DNA of 64,000 nucleotides, taken from the NCBI GenBank assembly GCA_004022145.1, contig RCNU01000001.1, one strand, 5' to 3'. This DNA is from Paecilomyces variotii (Eukaryota). This document shows positions 51,844 through 64,000 of this stretch, piece by piece (position 1 is the first letter of the stretch; each line of letters begins with the position of its first letter). The position numbers and the translations under genes were made by a program. Below the pieces are notes generated by a model. The model did no database searches and had not been told where the DNA came from. It saw only the letters and a program-made list of their open reading frames with translations.

Positions 51844-54310
51844 TGTGAACTGGGAGGAGTTCCGGACCCCGACGAGGCTCACGTGCCGTTCTCGAGGACT
51901 CTTCGTAGAGTGACTTTGGCTGTATTATCCGAACAAAGCGAACAAAATGGTCGTCAGGCTGCTGAATAAGGTATCTTGGAATCTCAGGCGGGAGGGAGGG
52001 AAACACTGGACTGTCGGCGGAGGGCCATGCTAACAGTGAGGCAGATGAGAACGACCGTGGAGTAGCAGCAGCAGCAGAAGACCGGACAGAAAGATGAGAT
52101 GAAAGGAAGAAAAAGTTCCGATAGTGTATTGGCGGCTCTTAAGTTTCCAAGACAAGCATATCACAGCAAATGCACAGCTTGGTGAGGAAGCCTGAGGTCT
52201 AGCTAGACGGGCTGGGAGAGCTATCTCCGCAGTGACGGCCAGAGAACCCAATGGTCAGAGAACGGTGCCTCCTCACTATGTGAGAAACAGCACAGTTCAG
52301 AGAGCCATGTTTACGGAGCGAACGTGTCCTCTATAGAAATTTGATTGTGGGCTGTCGGGTGCTCAGGGATGCCTGCAAACGAGTCGTCAAAGGGGAGTGC
52401 GTGAACGGCCGATGGGCAGGCACCTGTGACGCACACCGGTGACTCGACGTCTGGCGGTCAAGTGGAGGCGGACGAGTGAGCCACCACGATGTTCGGGGAG
52501 AGGAAGGCCAGAGGCAGCAGAGGTACACGAGCCAGTGAGGATGAGATGGACAGGATGGATAAGAATAATAAGTTAGTTAGTGAAGTTCACGCAGTCGAAG
52601 GGGATGAGAGGGACTTGGACTTGTCCGCTGCTCGACATCCAGAGCCGCCTGGAGATAACTGGAGGGCGGTAAGCCGTATCGATACGATACCGCGCCGGAC
52701 AGGCTGATCTGGGGCGATAAAGGGGACCTGGGGACTGTTCTGTCACGCTCCGTACTGAACCGGGCAGCGCAGGCGATCAGGTGCAGATCCCGATTGACGG
52801 CCGTCGCGGAAGCCAGTCCTGCAGCCAATGGGATGCGCCATTGGGAAGAATAGCCCCAGCCAGCGCTCTCCTTAAGCTCCCCAGGTGAGGTTCCCTAAGG
52901 TACCAAATTACGGTCTGGTCCCGTCATGGACAAATACTCAATACCATAGATACCATCCGTCTCTCCCAGGATATCCGCAACCAGATTCAAGGTCGACAGC
53001 GCTGAAACGAGGCTAGATACAGGATAGATCTATCCATTCTAACTATCTCATCGGGTCGCAAATAACTAACTACCAACATGGATGACCGATCGGATCCATC
53101 ATCAGGAGGCAGTGCTCCACTAGATGCACAAACAAACAATCACTGAACAATGGTGATTGCGCCAAAAGTCCAACAGAGTTAACAGCACAGACAAAGCGCG
53201 GCAGTGTGATAGCTCGGATGTCTAGACCAAACCCGAACCATGTCATCTGGCTGCTCGAGAACAGGCAGATGCTCATAACCCTCCGGACTGGTCGCCTCGC
53301 GCAAACGGGTTGGTCAATCGGGTCCACGTCTCTGACGCCGCGCCATGGCGAAGACAAGTCAGGGTCAGTACCTGGGCCAGGGTCAAGCCGGCCCAGTTGC
53401 ACCTGCAGCAACCATGAGCTACAGTACGATGGATTGCTTTTTAGTTTACCGCTATCCGGAGAGAAGGGAATCGTGGCGCTAGTTTTGAGCTACTGCTCCT
53501 GCGACAGATGCTTGTGCCTCTGTTTCCTTTACTCAGAAATGCGGACGGTCACCTGCAAGGAGACGACCGCTGAGACTTGGAGCCTGCTGTCTGGCGCCAG
53601 ATGGTTGTGCAGCACCCGCTGATGCAGTCGGTCGCTGTCTGTCCTCAGTGCGTCTCCGCGGCGAATAATCAATCTCAGTACGCTTGTTGTGTCCGCTGTC
53701 AGATAGCTACTGCTAGAATCTGGGGTCAGAACTCGTGAAGGAGACGCCCTCGTTGGTTGGTATATCTTCCGTACAACAACCGTGGCAGCAGCCTGCATCG
53801 AAGATGGCTACTATACTGAGGAAAGCAATGGACAGTTGAAAAAAAAGACCCGATTTGAGTGATTCCTTTGAGGGCCCATAGATGCCAGCATGATTTCGTT
53901 ATGATAGAGGGTAAGATGAGATTGGTATAACTATCGCTTCGGGGACAGGGGGTATCTGACCAGTTTGCTCGTGTGAATCTTGCGCACATCGATATTTATG
54001 ATTAATCCACGAGTATGCTCATAAAAATAGATAGAACCCCTTCCGTTCTCCTATAAGGCCCCGGTGTCTCCAGCAAGATGTCTCGAGCATTTCCCGCGGT
54101 CCAGATAACCTCGCGGTCGCGAACCGATAATCGAGGAACATGTGGTCCGAAGTCAGGTAGACTGCCAACCTGCAACGTTTTACTCTTTCCATTTCTCATC
54201 TCGTATCAGATCATCTTAGTGCCGTGATCATGATAACGTGCGCGCAGTGTTATCAAGAATAACCGATGACCGCCATCATGTGCTTCCGTCTCTACGTCAC
54301 CGGCTGAGTA

Positions 54311-54403
54311 GATGGGCAATCTGAAGATGGGCAATCTGAAGATGGGCAATCTGAAGATGGGCAATCTGAAGATGGGCAATCTGAAGATGGGCAATCTGAA
54401 GAT
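54311..54403. repeat. Perfect minisatellite (GATGGGCAATCTGAA) x6
   Basis: Six identical 15-bp units at 54311-54400 plus GAT. Confidence 0.97.
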
Positions 54404-55427
54404 AATCATGTGCACCAGATCACTTTAAAGCGTTAATAAACAAATATACACATATGATTCTCTTTGCATTCTCTCTCTCGGTTTATCCTAGAGATAGCAA
54501 TGGAAGCTGTTATGGTCTCCAAAGGCGCATGCAGGATCATACCGTATGGTAGACTATGGTGGACATGTAGCACTTCCTTTCCATCGTGAGGAGGGGACAA
54601 ATTCGTATTTGTAGACTTGCCAGACCAGACACTGCCGTCTTTTGAATACAACTCATGCCTGGAAGTAGTGTAGTTATCCCAGTTTTGAGGGGAAACCTTT
54701 TATCAGGTGATTGAAGGCATACCATAAGTAATAACCGCCCGCGTGTCCGATCTCCAATGAATCTGGCACGAGCCGCTCATCCACGGGGGGGAACAGAGCC
54801 TCTGTCTGAGGAGAATGAGGGGATTATTCCAGGGAGACTTCCAGCTAGAAGCCGTCCAGGTCCATTATCATCGTGTTCTGGCCGCCGAACCTCTCGTCCG
54901 GGGGCATGGAGGGGTCTGCAGGCCCTGATTGGCCGTCCGCGTTCGGAGCATCCCTCTTTCCTGTCCATGGCTCATTGTTCACACTGCCTCTGCCGATATC
55001 CTGTCGAAAAGTCATATACATAGTTAATAGAAGCCTCATCTCTCGTCCGACGTTTCCATCATATCCTCAGACTCAATCTTGTATCGCCATTCCCCTTGAA
55101 ACTGTGCGCGCCCAGTCAGCTCCGCATCCGCGTGTCCCCCGCTTGAGCTTCCGGAGATAAGTACGAGTCGGTAATCGCCACCACAACGCGACTCTGAACC
55201 CTCCGCAATTTTTCGCGATTCAAGAACGGTCCTTCCCTCGCTTCGATCATCGAGATTCAAATAGCTGCCTGGTCGCGGCGGTTATATTCTCCCTGTCCCC
55301 CGGGTTTCCTTCTCCAGAACCCCCTTCGAGCCCACAGAGCGCCTCTCCTACGCTGTAATCTTCGTGATTACCGCGAGGCATCTCGTCGGGGCTATAAGGA
55401 GGTTCTGTGACAACCTATTCGTGGCAC

Positions 55428-58400
55428 ATGATCAGCAATCTCTTACAATACTTCTTGCACGATGATGTCGAGAGTTTCCGGCGGTTACTGGCCAACGCCG
55501 GTTACCCGGTTGGTGGCCAGCGGTCTGGAGGAAATACGACTGACAGTTTCGGAGCTACATTAGGGTCGTCTCCAGTTCTGCCATCGAAATCGAACAAGGT
55601 GTACAGCGGTACTTCTCCGGGTACGCCTTTGACCGAACGAGGCAACGTGAAGCGTGGGAATGGCACGTTATCTCGAGAACAAGTAAATGCGCGCGACCAT
55701 TATGGCAGGACTATTCTTCACTTAGTGGCCTCATCACTAAAGCCGTCCGCGGTTGAATTTGCAGAGGCACTGCTAGAGATACCGTTCATCGACATCTATG
55801 CTCAGGATCATGAAAGCGGTTGGACTGCCTTGCATCGGGCTCTGTACGCGGGAAACGCAACCATTGCACAAGCTCTGCTTGCCCGAGATCTACGTGATGC
55901 AACAGAATTCAGTACCGTTGGAAACGTCCATTATCCTTCTGGTGGTTTGATCAAGATCAAAGACAGGGAAGGCTATAGCCCTTTCGACGTGTATGGGTCG
56001 ACTATCGTGTCTCGCAACATCAAGGAGATAGTAAACCGGACTCCCAGAGCGGTAGTGAAGGATTCGTCTGATGTCGATGTCCCTGGCAGTGATCTCTCTT
56101 CTGTCGATGGTCATTCTGTTCCTGGAGACGATAATGCCGAAGAGACCAGCTATCATCATCGAGCTGTCCTAAAACCGCGCACAAACCTGCAAGGCGACGA
56201 GATCTTCACATTCGGTAGCAATAAGAACCTGACGCTTGGTTTGGGGGATGAGGACGACCGACAGTTCCCCGAAAGGATATCTGTGCAGCGCCCGGAGCAT
56301 CTCCTGCAGCGATTCTTTCGCGAATATGAGGAGCGTCGCTCCCAATCTGGCCGTTCTGACTTGCAGGATTCCAATCATATTCCAGATCTGCCTACACTGA
56401 TCCGAAATAAGCCTATCAGTTTCCAAGATGTCGTCATGTCCAAACTTCACACCGCTGTCCTCACCAGTGATCCGGAATCAAATCTATTCATGTCTGGGTT
56501 CGGCCCCGGTGGACGTCTAGGCACGGGAGACGAGTCGACTAGGTTCGGCTTCGTTTGTGTCGAAACTGGTGCTCTTGCAGGCAAAAAGATAATATCCGTT
56601 GCGTTGGGCCAAGATCATTCTCTAGCAATTTCCGAACACGGGGAGATCTTCTCATGGGGAAGCAACAAGTACGGGCAACTTGGCTACAATCTTCCCCGGA
56701 CGAACAACAAAGATGATGTGCCTATTCAGACAACCCCAAGACAAATATTTAACCCCTTTAAAAAGGAGATCATCCTAGGGGCGGCAGCCTCTTCAATCCA
56801 CTCGGTTGTCTTTAGCACGTCTGGTCTTTACACTTTCGGCAAGAATGAAGGTCAGCTAGGAATTGTCGACTCAGACGCTCGTTCTCTCGAGACCCAGGTC
56901 ACTCCTCGACGCGTGGGAGTTTCCCTCTTCAATTCACCTATTCACACCGTGACTGCCATCGATCGAGCTACTGCAGTGCTTCTAGAGAGCCATGATGTCT
57001 GGGTTTTCACGCAATATGGGTATTCCAAAATCGTCTTCCCGCTTGACGGGGCATCAACTTTCATCAAGAACAGTTTCTTGGCTACCCGATACGATACTGC
57101 CATCAACCGTATCGTCAAAATAACTTCAGGTGGAGATACTATCTGCGCCCTGTCCAGTTTTGGCGAAGTATACACAGTCCAGGTCAATAAAAAAGCTGAT
57201 ACCAGCTCTATGGCTGCATCTACCACGAACCCGGCTAAGATACGAAATTCCTTACCGCCTCCGGCAAGAGTCTGGTCCGTTCGAAAGTCTCATATGGCCG
57301 CTAGAGACGTTGCTACAGGACAGGATGGTTCGATCATCATATGCACCAAGTCTGGATCGGCCTGGAAGAAAGAGAAGCGCACCAAAGTCAAGACATCTGG
57401 GTCTAAGGATTATAAGTTTGTTCGCATACCGGGGCTCTCCAGAGTAGTCGCTATCAGAAGCAATGCATTTGGGGCGTTTGCAGCTGCTCAGCGTGACACC
57501 GACGTAACCAAAGAGCAAATTGCTGTTGATGAATCCACTCTATGGCATGATATATCGCGTCTCCTGCCGTTCGCAGCGTTGGAGCCAGATATTCAGGACC
57601 ACAGTCTCGAAGACCCCTCAGAAGATCCCGCGATCATAGAAGGACTCGTCCCCAGGATCAAGAGAGCCGTTTTGATGTCACGAGACATTGAATCCCAAAT
57701 CCAGCCAGCGATTCAAGCCAGCAACTTGTACGATAATCCTTATGGGACTGTCTGGATTTCAAGCACTGTGTCCGACATACGGGTCCCAGTTCATGAGTTC
57801 ATTGCCGCGGGACGGAGTTCTGTCCTGAGAGAGGCGTTCCAGGAGTTTCGAAAGAAATATTACTTCTCCATGCCAGAAGTGTTCTCCATCGAATACGGGA
57901 AGGATGGGCAAATCGAGACCAAGTTCCAGGGTGTGGATTTGTTAACTATCCTCAACTTGGTCTTTTTCCTCTATACGGACAGCGTTCTGGATGTGTGGCA
58001 TAAGATCAAACACTCCCCTGAAAAATCGTTCCGTTACCGGCAGGTTCGGACAGAAGTGATGCGGGTTGCGACACATTTGGAACTGCGGACCCTGGAACGA
58101 GCAGCAAGAGTCATGATAGAGCCTACGCGGACCTTGAATATGGATATGGAGGCTGCTATTAAGGATGCCTCTCTCTTCGAGAGCGCCGACGTGGTTGTGC
58201 AGCTAGATGGCGGCGAAGTGAAGTTGCACAGTCAAATTGCTTGCCAAAGGTGCCCTTTCTTTGATGGGTTGTTTAATGGTCGCTCGGGAGGCCGATGGCT
58301 CTCTTCGCGTCGCGGGAACCCGGAAGAAAAGATCAACGTGGATCTTAAGGACATTGACCGGACAGTGTTTGCGTTCGTCCTACGGCACATGTATGCCGAT

Positions 58401-60392
58401 ACCGCAGACGAGCTGTTCGATGATGTTAGATACAAGAGCCTCGATGATTTCATTGACTTAATTATCGATATCATGTCCGCTGCAAATGAATTGATGATGG
58501 ATAGATTGGCCCAGATATGTCAACAGATGCTCGGTCGTTTCGGTAAGTCTACAATTTGGGCACTACATTTTGCTATTTACTAACTTGTCCAGTCAACACG
58601 AGGAACGTCTGTCACCTCCTGAACGCGGTTGCGCCATGTTCAGTGACAGAGTTCAAGGACGCTGCGCTCGAATATATTTGCCTCAACCTTGAAGCTATGT
58701 TAGAAAATAGGCATGTGCAGCTTACTCTCTGCTCTTGCTTCTAGCTGCTAACTAGTTCTTAGGCTTCTAGATGACCTTGACGAGGATCTAATATATGAGC
58801 TAGATGCTGTCTGCCAAGAAAACCAGCTCTCGTGCTACCCAATCTCGAGAGGACGTAACGCCGAGGAGTTCTTATATGAAAAATATCCCGAACTTGTTTC
58901 CCTTGTCGAGAATGACCGGCAACGGAGGATTGACTCCATGAAACTGAGTTCCCGTCTCGATAGAAATGAGCTCAGCGACAAGTTGAGATCCGGAAGCCTT
59001 GAAAAGACAGCCTCACCGCTCGCGCAGAGGACAAAGCCTTCCGTCACGAAGGAGCCAAAAGCGGTCATGGCTAGTCCTGTTCTCAAGCCAATGAAATCCT
59101 CTGGAGACCTTATGTTCCAGATGGATGATGAAAATGCCGCCTCACCTGGTCCTTCAGCAAAAGGAAAGGCAGTGGTGAGGGATATTCCCAGGCGCACCAG
59201 TGATCGATCATATCCAGAATCTCCATCTCCCGCATTGGATCCCAGATTTATGGATGTCGGATCGCTTGGTGAGAACGGTTCGTTAGATGATAGAACGGGC
59301 TCTCTTTCTCGGATCTCCATCACACCAAGGGGGTTTTCAGCTAGCCCCTCCGGCGCTGATAAGAGCGCATCCAAAGCTCCCTGGGCTTCTCCGGTGATAT
59401 CCGCCTCCAAGAAAGATCTGAAAGATATAATGGCGGAGGCGTCCCAGTCACGAGTATCAAACCTGACGCTAGGGATGTCCGATCGCCGGGAGTCTACTCC
59501 TGGCAGCGCTCTTCCCTCCAAGTTATCCCAGCGAGAAAGAAAAAAGCTCCAGCAACAGCAGATACAGGAGCAACTTGCGGCTGAACAGAGAGCGAAAGAG
59601 AACCCGCACGTTCCATGGCAGACACCCGTAAAATCGAAGGCACCTATATTCCCAGAGCCATCACCGCGTTCTGAAGCTACGAAGACTGCTCAAAGGCCCT
59701 CAATGACTCTTCGACAAACTGTCGCTGGCACGCCCCCAACTCAACCGGGGCCGTCCCCTGGACAAATTCAGGGGCGCAACATTGCAACCCCTCTTCCAAC
59801 ACCGCCCAAGCCTGCTCGACCAGTGCAGATTACCTCAGGTCCAGCTCCCTCGCCTAATCTCTCAACTCCTACTAAACCTATGATCCAATCTGTACGCCAC
59901 AGTCCACGACCTGAACCACGCAAAGCTAGCTTTCACTCTCCATCGTCTGGTCAACTTTCCCTTGCTTCCATTCTCCTGCAACAGCAGGCAGAAAAGGATG
60001 AGCTGCACGAAATTGCTACAGCCAAACATAACCTTGAGGATATCCAGCTCGAACAGCAATTTCAGGAGTGGTGGGACAAGGAGAGCAAAAGGGTCATGGA
60101 AGCTGAAGCTGCTGCCGCAGCACGAGGGAACAAGAACAGAGGAGGTCGGGGCAAGAGTTCTGGTAACCGTAGGGGACGCGGTACAGGTCCAGCTCCAGCC
60201 AGTCATGCGCCCGGAACCAGTCTCCCACAGCGACAGGAACAAGGGTCTACTGAAGCATCGAAGAAGACGAGTAACCACCATGGAAGAACTCCAAATGGAA
60301 AGCAGAAGGATGCCGCGGCTGGTGGCAATGCTCACCGTGGCGGCCGCGGTGGTAACAGAGGCAGGGGAAAGACCCGAGCCCAGCCGGCATGA
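55428..60392 (+). CDS. btb1: Ankyrin + RCC1 + BTB/POZ protein (Btb1/IBtk-like Cul3 adaptor); introns 58543-58592 and GC-AG 58711-58762
   Basis: Ankyrin GRTILHL / ESGWTALHRALYAGN, RCC1 repeats (FTFGSNKNLTLG, GFGPGGRLGTG, SWGSNKYGQLG), BTB segments (RCPFFDGLF, FVLRHMYAD), and C-terminal LEDIQLEQQFQEWWDKES. Confidence 0.92.
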
Positions 60393-61265
60393 CGAATAGC
60401 CATGTGCTCTAATACCCAGTCACATATTACGCTTCATTGTTAATCTGCTTGTATTTTTGGGCACTCTGGTTCATTGCCGCCCATTTTATTACATAGAATA
60501 AGCCCTATATCCCACTTTGCTTTAACTCCCCACAAGAGGAGTCCTCGCGGACCCTGGACATGTTTAACGTGTTTACATGTATACATCTTTTATTCACTTG
60601 AATATGTACCATTACCCTGCCTTTTCAGGTAATCTTTTTTTTTTTTTTTTCCTACCTGGTTTAGATATTCTTTCACATCGTATGGGATAACGGGATGGCA
60701 TTGGAGGATAGATATATACACACACACACACTAGCAGTTGGCATATAGAAGGGTATACTCTATTAATATAAACTCACTCCACTTTTAGTTCAGAAAACCT
60801 CCACAGATAAAATATCATGCCCAATGTGCATTCGTCTTGTCTTACGGAATTAAACCTAGTTTCGTAATTCCGTGTGCTTGCATTTAAAAATAGTATTACC
60901 TGTCGTGGTCTGCTGTTCAACGATACCATACACATATAGAATAAAACAAATCGAGCGTAGTAAGAGTACAAGGAAAGAAAAAACAAAAAAAAGGTCAAGA
61001 CGACGCCTAACAAATGCCAACCCAGCTGATTCGCTACCGTATTCCTTCCTTCCCTGTCCGACACCCTTCTAAATCCAGTGTTCGATCATAATAATAATCA
61101 TAGTAGTAAGAGGTTAATCCCGGTTATTGCCGAGGACAAAATTAGAATTAAGAGGTTTGTTTCTTTTTTTTGTTTGGTGATAATGGTTAGGTCCTGTATG
61201 GTTGGCCTATGGTAGGTAAAGATGTATTAAGAGTTGACGTCTGATTGATAGTCGAGCAACTGGAT

Positions 61266-63332
61266 TCAACCGATGGTTGGGACTTCTCTGCTTTCCCACA
61301 AGCGACGGAGCATTAGTTCTGTTTCATTTGGGAAAAAGCCACCATTGAGCTCGTCCGAAGTAGGACGCCCATGCGCAGCTTCGTCGGATGTAGAAAGGTG
61401 CTGAGTAGTCGCATGCTGATGGTCAACGTCCAGTCTGTCGGCAGGCTCTGAGGGACTGATATTGACAATGTCGTCCTGGTCCTGGAAATATACCCGAGAT
61501 TGCCTGGATCCAGAGGGCTTGTTCTTATTGACTTGGCTGCTGCTACCCGTATCAGAGTCATTATTTCCTCGAGAGAGGACGCGGCGATGCTGTGTTCTGG
61601 CCGGTGGTGCCTGCACCAAGCCGATGTTGGCTAAAGCGGGTGCCGACTTGACAGTCTTGGTAAGAGATCCAGGGCTTGAAGACGGTCTCTCCATCTCAAG
61701 CATTACACGTCTTACCCGCTTGAAACTATCGTTGCTGGGGCTCTGGAAGCGTCGTACAACCGTTAATTCGGATGCTGTCTTCTCATACACCTTGCGAACA
61801 TGCTTGGCTTCGCTCTCATGGGCCGCTCCGCCGATTCTTCCGCCACCATTCACCACTCGAGCACCATCATACGCACGTGAGCTCGTTCGTGCATGAGTAG
61901 CAGCCATGAAAGCTGGATCCATCGTGGACGGAGAGATAGCGGAAGATGGATCATGTGGATCGGGAGGAGAAGTCGTCAGGGCAGCTGTGCGTTGAAGCCA
62001 TAGCTTCTGCTGTGTACGCGATGGTGGCTCGGCACCTGGTGGCCGTGATGGAGGCGAGGCTTTCGTCCGCTTCGAGCTCGTACCACGACCCGGAGATGGA
62101 GGGGTCTGGGGATGATAATGGGGGAGGAAAGAGGAGGGAGTATTGGGGTCTGAGTCTGTGCGGGACGCCGCATGACGGCCATCCTTGTTGATGATGAAGC
62201 GTGACACGCCGCCTTCAATGGAGGAAGATGTAGCCTGTCCGTGTGTGCCTGGTGTAGAAGCCATTGCTGGGTTCGAGGTCGACAAATGACTGCGACGAGA
62301 CCCATCATGAGCGGAGGCCAGGTTTGTCAGAGATGCATTACGGGAAGCAGTATTAATCACTGCGGGTTTCGCCATAGCTGATATCGATGACATGGCCGGG
62401 GGAGCCTTGGATGGACGTGACTGGCTGAGTAACCGCGAGGCTATATCGTGTTCTGAACCTTTCACGGATTGCGCGTGTTCCTCTTCGGCCTCTTGCCGCT
62501 CTCGACTTACTCTGTCTTCTCTCTCTCCGTCTGATTCTCGGTCTTCGTCATCTGAGTGAGAGAGTCCCGTCGAGAAGGTCCTGCTTGTTGGCTCCGGCAG
62601 GCTGGTCGCTTGCGGAACGCGAGGATAGGGACGTTTCACAAAGGTCAACGGGTCAACCAGCACCGCACTGTTCTCTGCACTACCTTTTGACGGAGCTACT
62701 GAATTCCGTCTCGTGCTCTCTGGTGACTGTGTACTATCTTCCCATTCACCTTCGTCGTCGTCCTCGTCCGGATCACCCAACTCGAAACCCACGACCTTCT
62801 TCGGTTGGCCTCTGGCACTTTGCGGACGGTCTGTGACCAACGCCTTCTTTCCTGGCACAGTTGCGGTATTTCGACGAAGAGCCGGAGTGGAGAAGTTCTT
62901 CTTTATCGACGCATGTGTTTTGTGGTCGCCCAAGGAAGTCGGAGCATCCCAACGGACGTGGTGGCCCTTTGGGCTGGCAGCTGGAGTCACTGCAGCGGAT
63001 GTCGCTGGAGCCGACTTCTTTCGCTGGTGATGTCTCGTGCCTGTGCCGATCCCGTACGCATGACCTTCAATGATATTCTGGCCCGAAGTCGGTCTCTGTA
63101 ACTTGTTCAGATTCTTGCCAAATGAAGGGTTGCGGCTATGGGTGCGATGGGCACCGCCCACCACATGGGGTCGATGTAGCTTATGTACAGGCGCCCTCTG
63201 AGTGTGCGATTGAGATAGATCTGCGTTATTCGACGATGGGGGCCGCGGGGTGATGATGGCATGCGAGGACACTGAGCGACGGGCCAGTCCTGGCCGTTTA
63301 ACCGGGGAGGAGGTGTTATTTGAGGTTGGCAT
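61266..63332 (-). CDS. tco89: TORC1 subunit Tco89-like protein (688 aa)
   Basis: Single disordered Ser/Arg/His-rich ORF with SRTQQKLWLQR and ELTVVRRFQSP motifs recalled for the TCO89 family; C-terminal LRRLWES. Confidence 0.75.
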   Translation of the reverse strand: MPTSNNTSSPVKRPGLARRSVSSHAIITPRPPSSNNADLSQSHTQRAPVHKLHRPHVVGGAHRTHSRNPSFGKNLNKLQRPTSGQNIIEGHAYGIGTGTRHHQRKKSAPATSAAVTPAASPKGHHVRWDAPTSLGDHKTHASIKKNFSTPALRRNTATVPGKKALVTDRPQSARGQPKKVVGFELGDPDEDDDEGEWEDSTQSPESTRRNSVAPSKGSAENSAVLVDPLTFVKRPYPRVPQATSLPEPTSRTFSTGLSHSDDEDRESDGEREDRVSRERQEAEEEHAQSVKGSEHDIASRLLSQSRPSKAPPAMSSISAMAKPAVINTASRNASLTNLASAHDGSRRSHLSTSNPAMASTPGTHGQATSSSIEGGVSRFIINKDGRHAASRTDSDPNTPSSFLPHYHPQTPPSPGRGTSSKRTKASPPSRPPGAEPPSRTQQKLWLQRTAALTTSPPDPHDPSSAISPSTMDPAFMAATHARTSSRAYDGARVVNGGGRIGGAAHESEAKHVRKVYEKTASELTVVRRFQSPSNDSFKRVRRVMLEMERPSSSPGSLTKTVKSAPALANIGLVQAPPARTQHRRVLSRGNNDSDTGSSSQVNKNKPSGSRQSRVYFQDQDDIVNISPSEPADRLDVDHQHATTQHLSTSDEAAHGRPTSDELNGGFFPNETELMLRRLWESREVPTIG

Positions 63333-64000
63333 GCTTGTGAAGAAGGACTAACAACGAACTGAAGTCCACTAGAATAATCTCCGGGCAAGACAGAAGCTGA
63401 CAGGTGTACTCTACATCGTTAGCTAGCTGTTGGGGGCCCTTTGTGTTTCTGCATCGCCTGGTGGTTGAAGCCGTTTGCCGTCTGGAGCTGCTGTCTCCGG
63501 CTGACTAAGCGCCCGGCTAAGGTGGCGCTTTCTTTCACTTTGGATAGAAATAGAAAGCGAACTAGGACAGTCAATTGATTCACTCAAAGGATGAGGTTCC
63601 AGGAGAAATTCACTCCTCATGGCTGATAATCATAATGGACAACTAGGTACTCTAAATACATTCATCAGGCGCCGGATCTCCCCGGTTTTCCCATCTGGGA
63701 AACGGACTGACCTCATAATCATATCGGCCCTTGGCTTGCAGGACGGACACAGAACCAGACATTGACCACAGATTCGAAAGTTCAGCCGGGCCAGGACAGT
63801 CTACGACGAGAGTCACTAACAAAGGCAAATTCAAAATCTTCAAATCTTTCGAGGCTGGCAGCCGCTGTACAGCTATTAGTGTCACATAAAATTCACCGGT
63901 GCCTCGAGCTAATAATGAATTGCGGAGCTGCCAAAATCCACCTCACAGACGTACTGTTTTCGATTCGAAGGTCAATTCCGATAGCAAATGCTATCCCAAT

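Noticed and set aside
54206-54415. ORF with (FRLPI)n repeats; the repeat also superficially resembles a CRISPR array
   Set aside because: By-product of the 15-bp minisatellite; there are no spacers or cas genes and the context is eukaryotic.

Overview
Eukaryotic genomic DNA from a filamentous ascomycete. GT-AG introns with CTRAC branch points, a RIP-mutated transposon and the gene content point to Eurotiales (Aspergillus/Paecilomyces-like); I cannot determine the species. Most of the window is a gene-dense core region: tRNA-Leu(CAA), a ~1180-aa coiled-coil protein, rad4, an SQ/TQ-rich unknown protein, a BSD-domain protein, yrb30, sup35, tsr2, an alpha/beta hydrolase, med13, enp2, atg13, an ankyrin/RCC1/BTB protein and a Tco89-like protein. 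An accessory-looking segment at ~6.6-18.9 kb holds a RIP-destroyed pogo/Fot1 transposon inside an apparently decayed gene, a DUF6594 membrane gene, and a tandem pair: a divergent pyruvate dehydrogenase E1-alpha followed by a four-exon Ecm15/thiamine-binding-protein gene that the ORF track misses. That TPP-enzyme plus thiamine-binding-protein pair is the best candidate for an undescribed system, but it rests on adjacency only. Other oddities are a 346-bp MITE, an actin-fold gene relic, an SDR gene broken by five +1 insertions, a GC-AG intron and a perfect 15-bp minisatellite. All family calls come from motif recognition by eye and exon boundaries were spliced by hand; no database searches were run.
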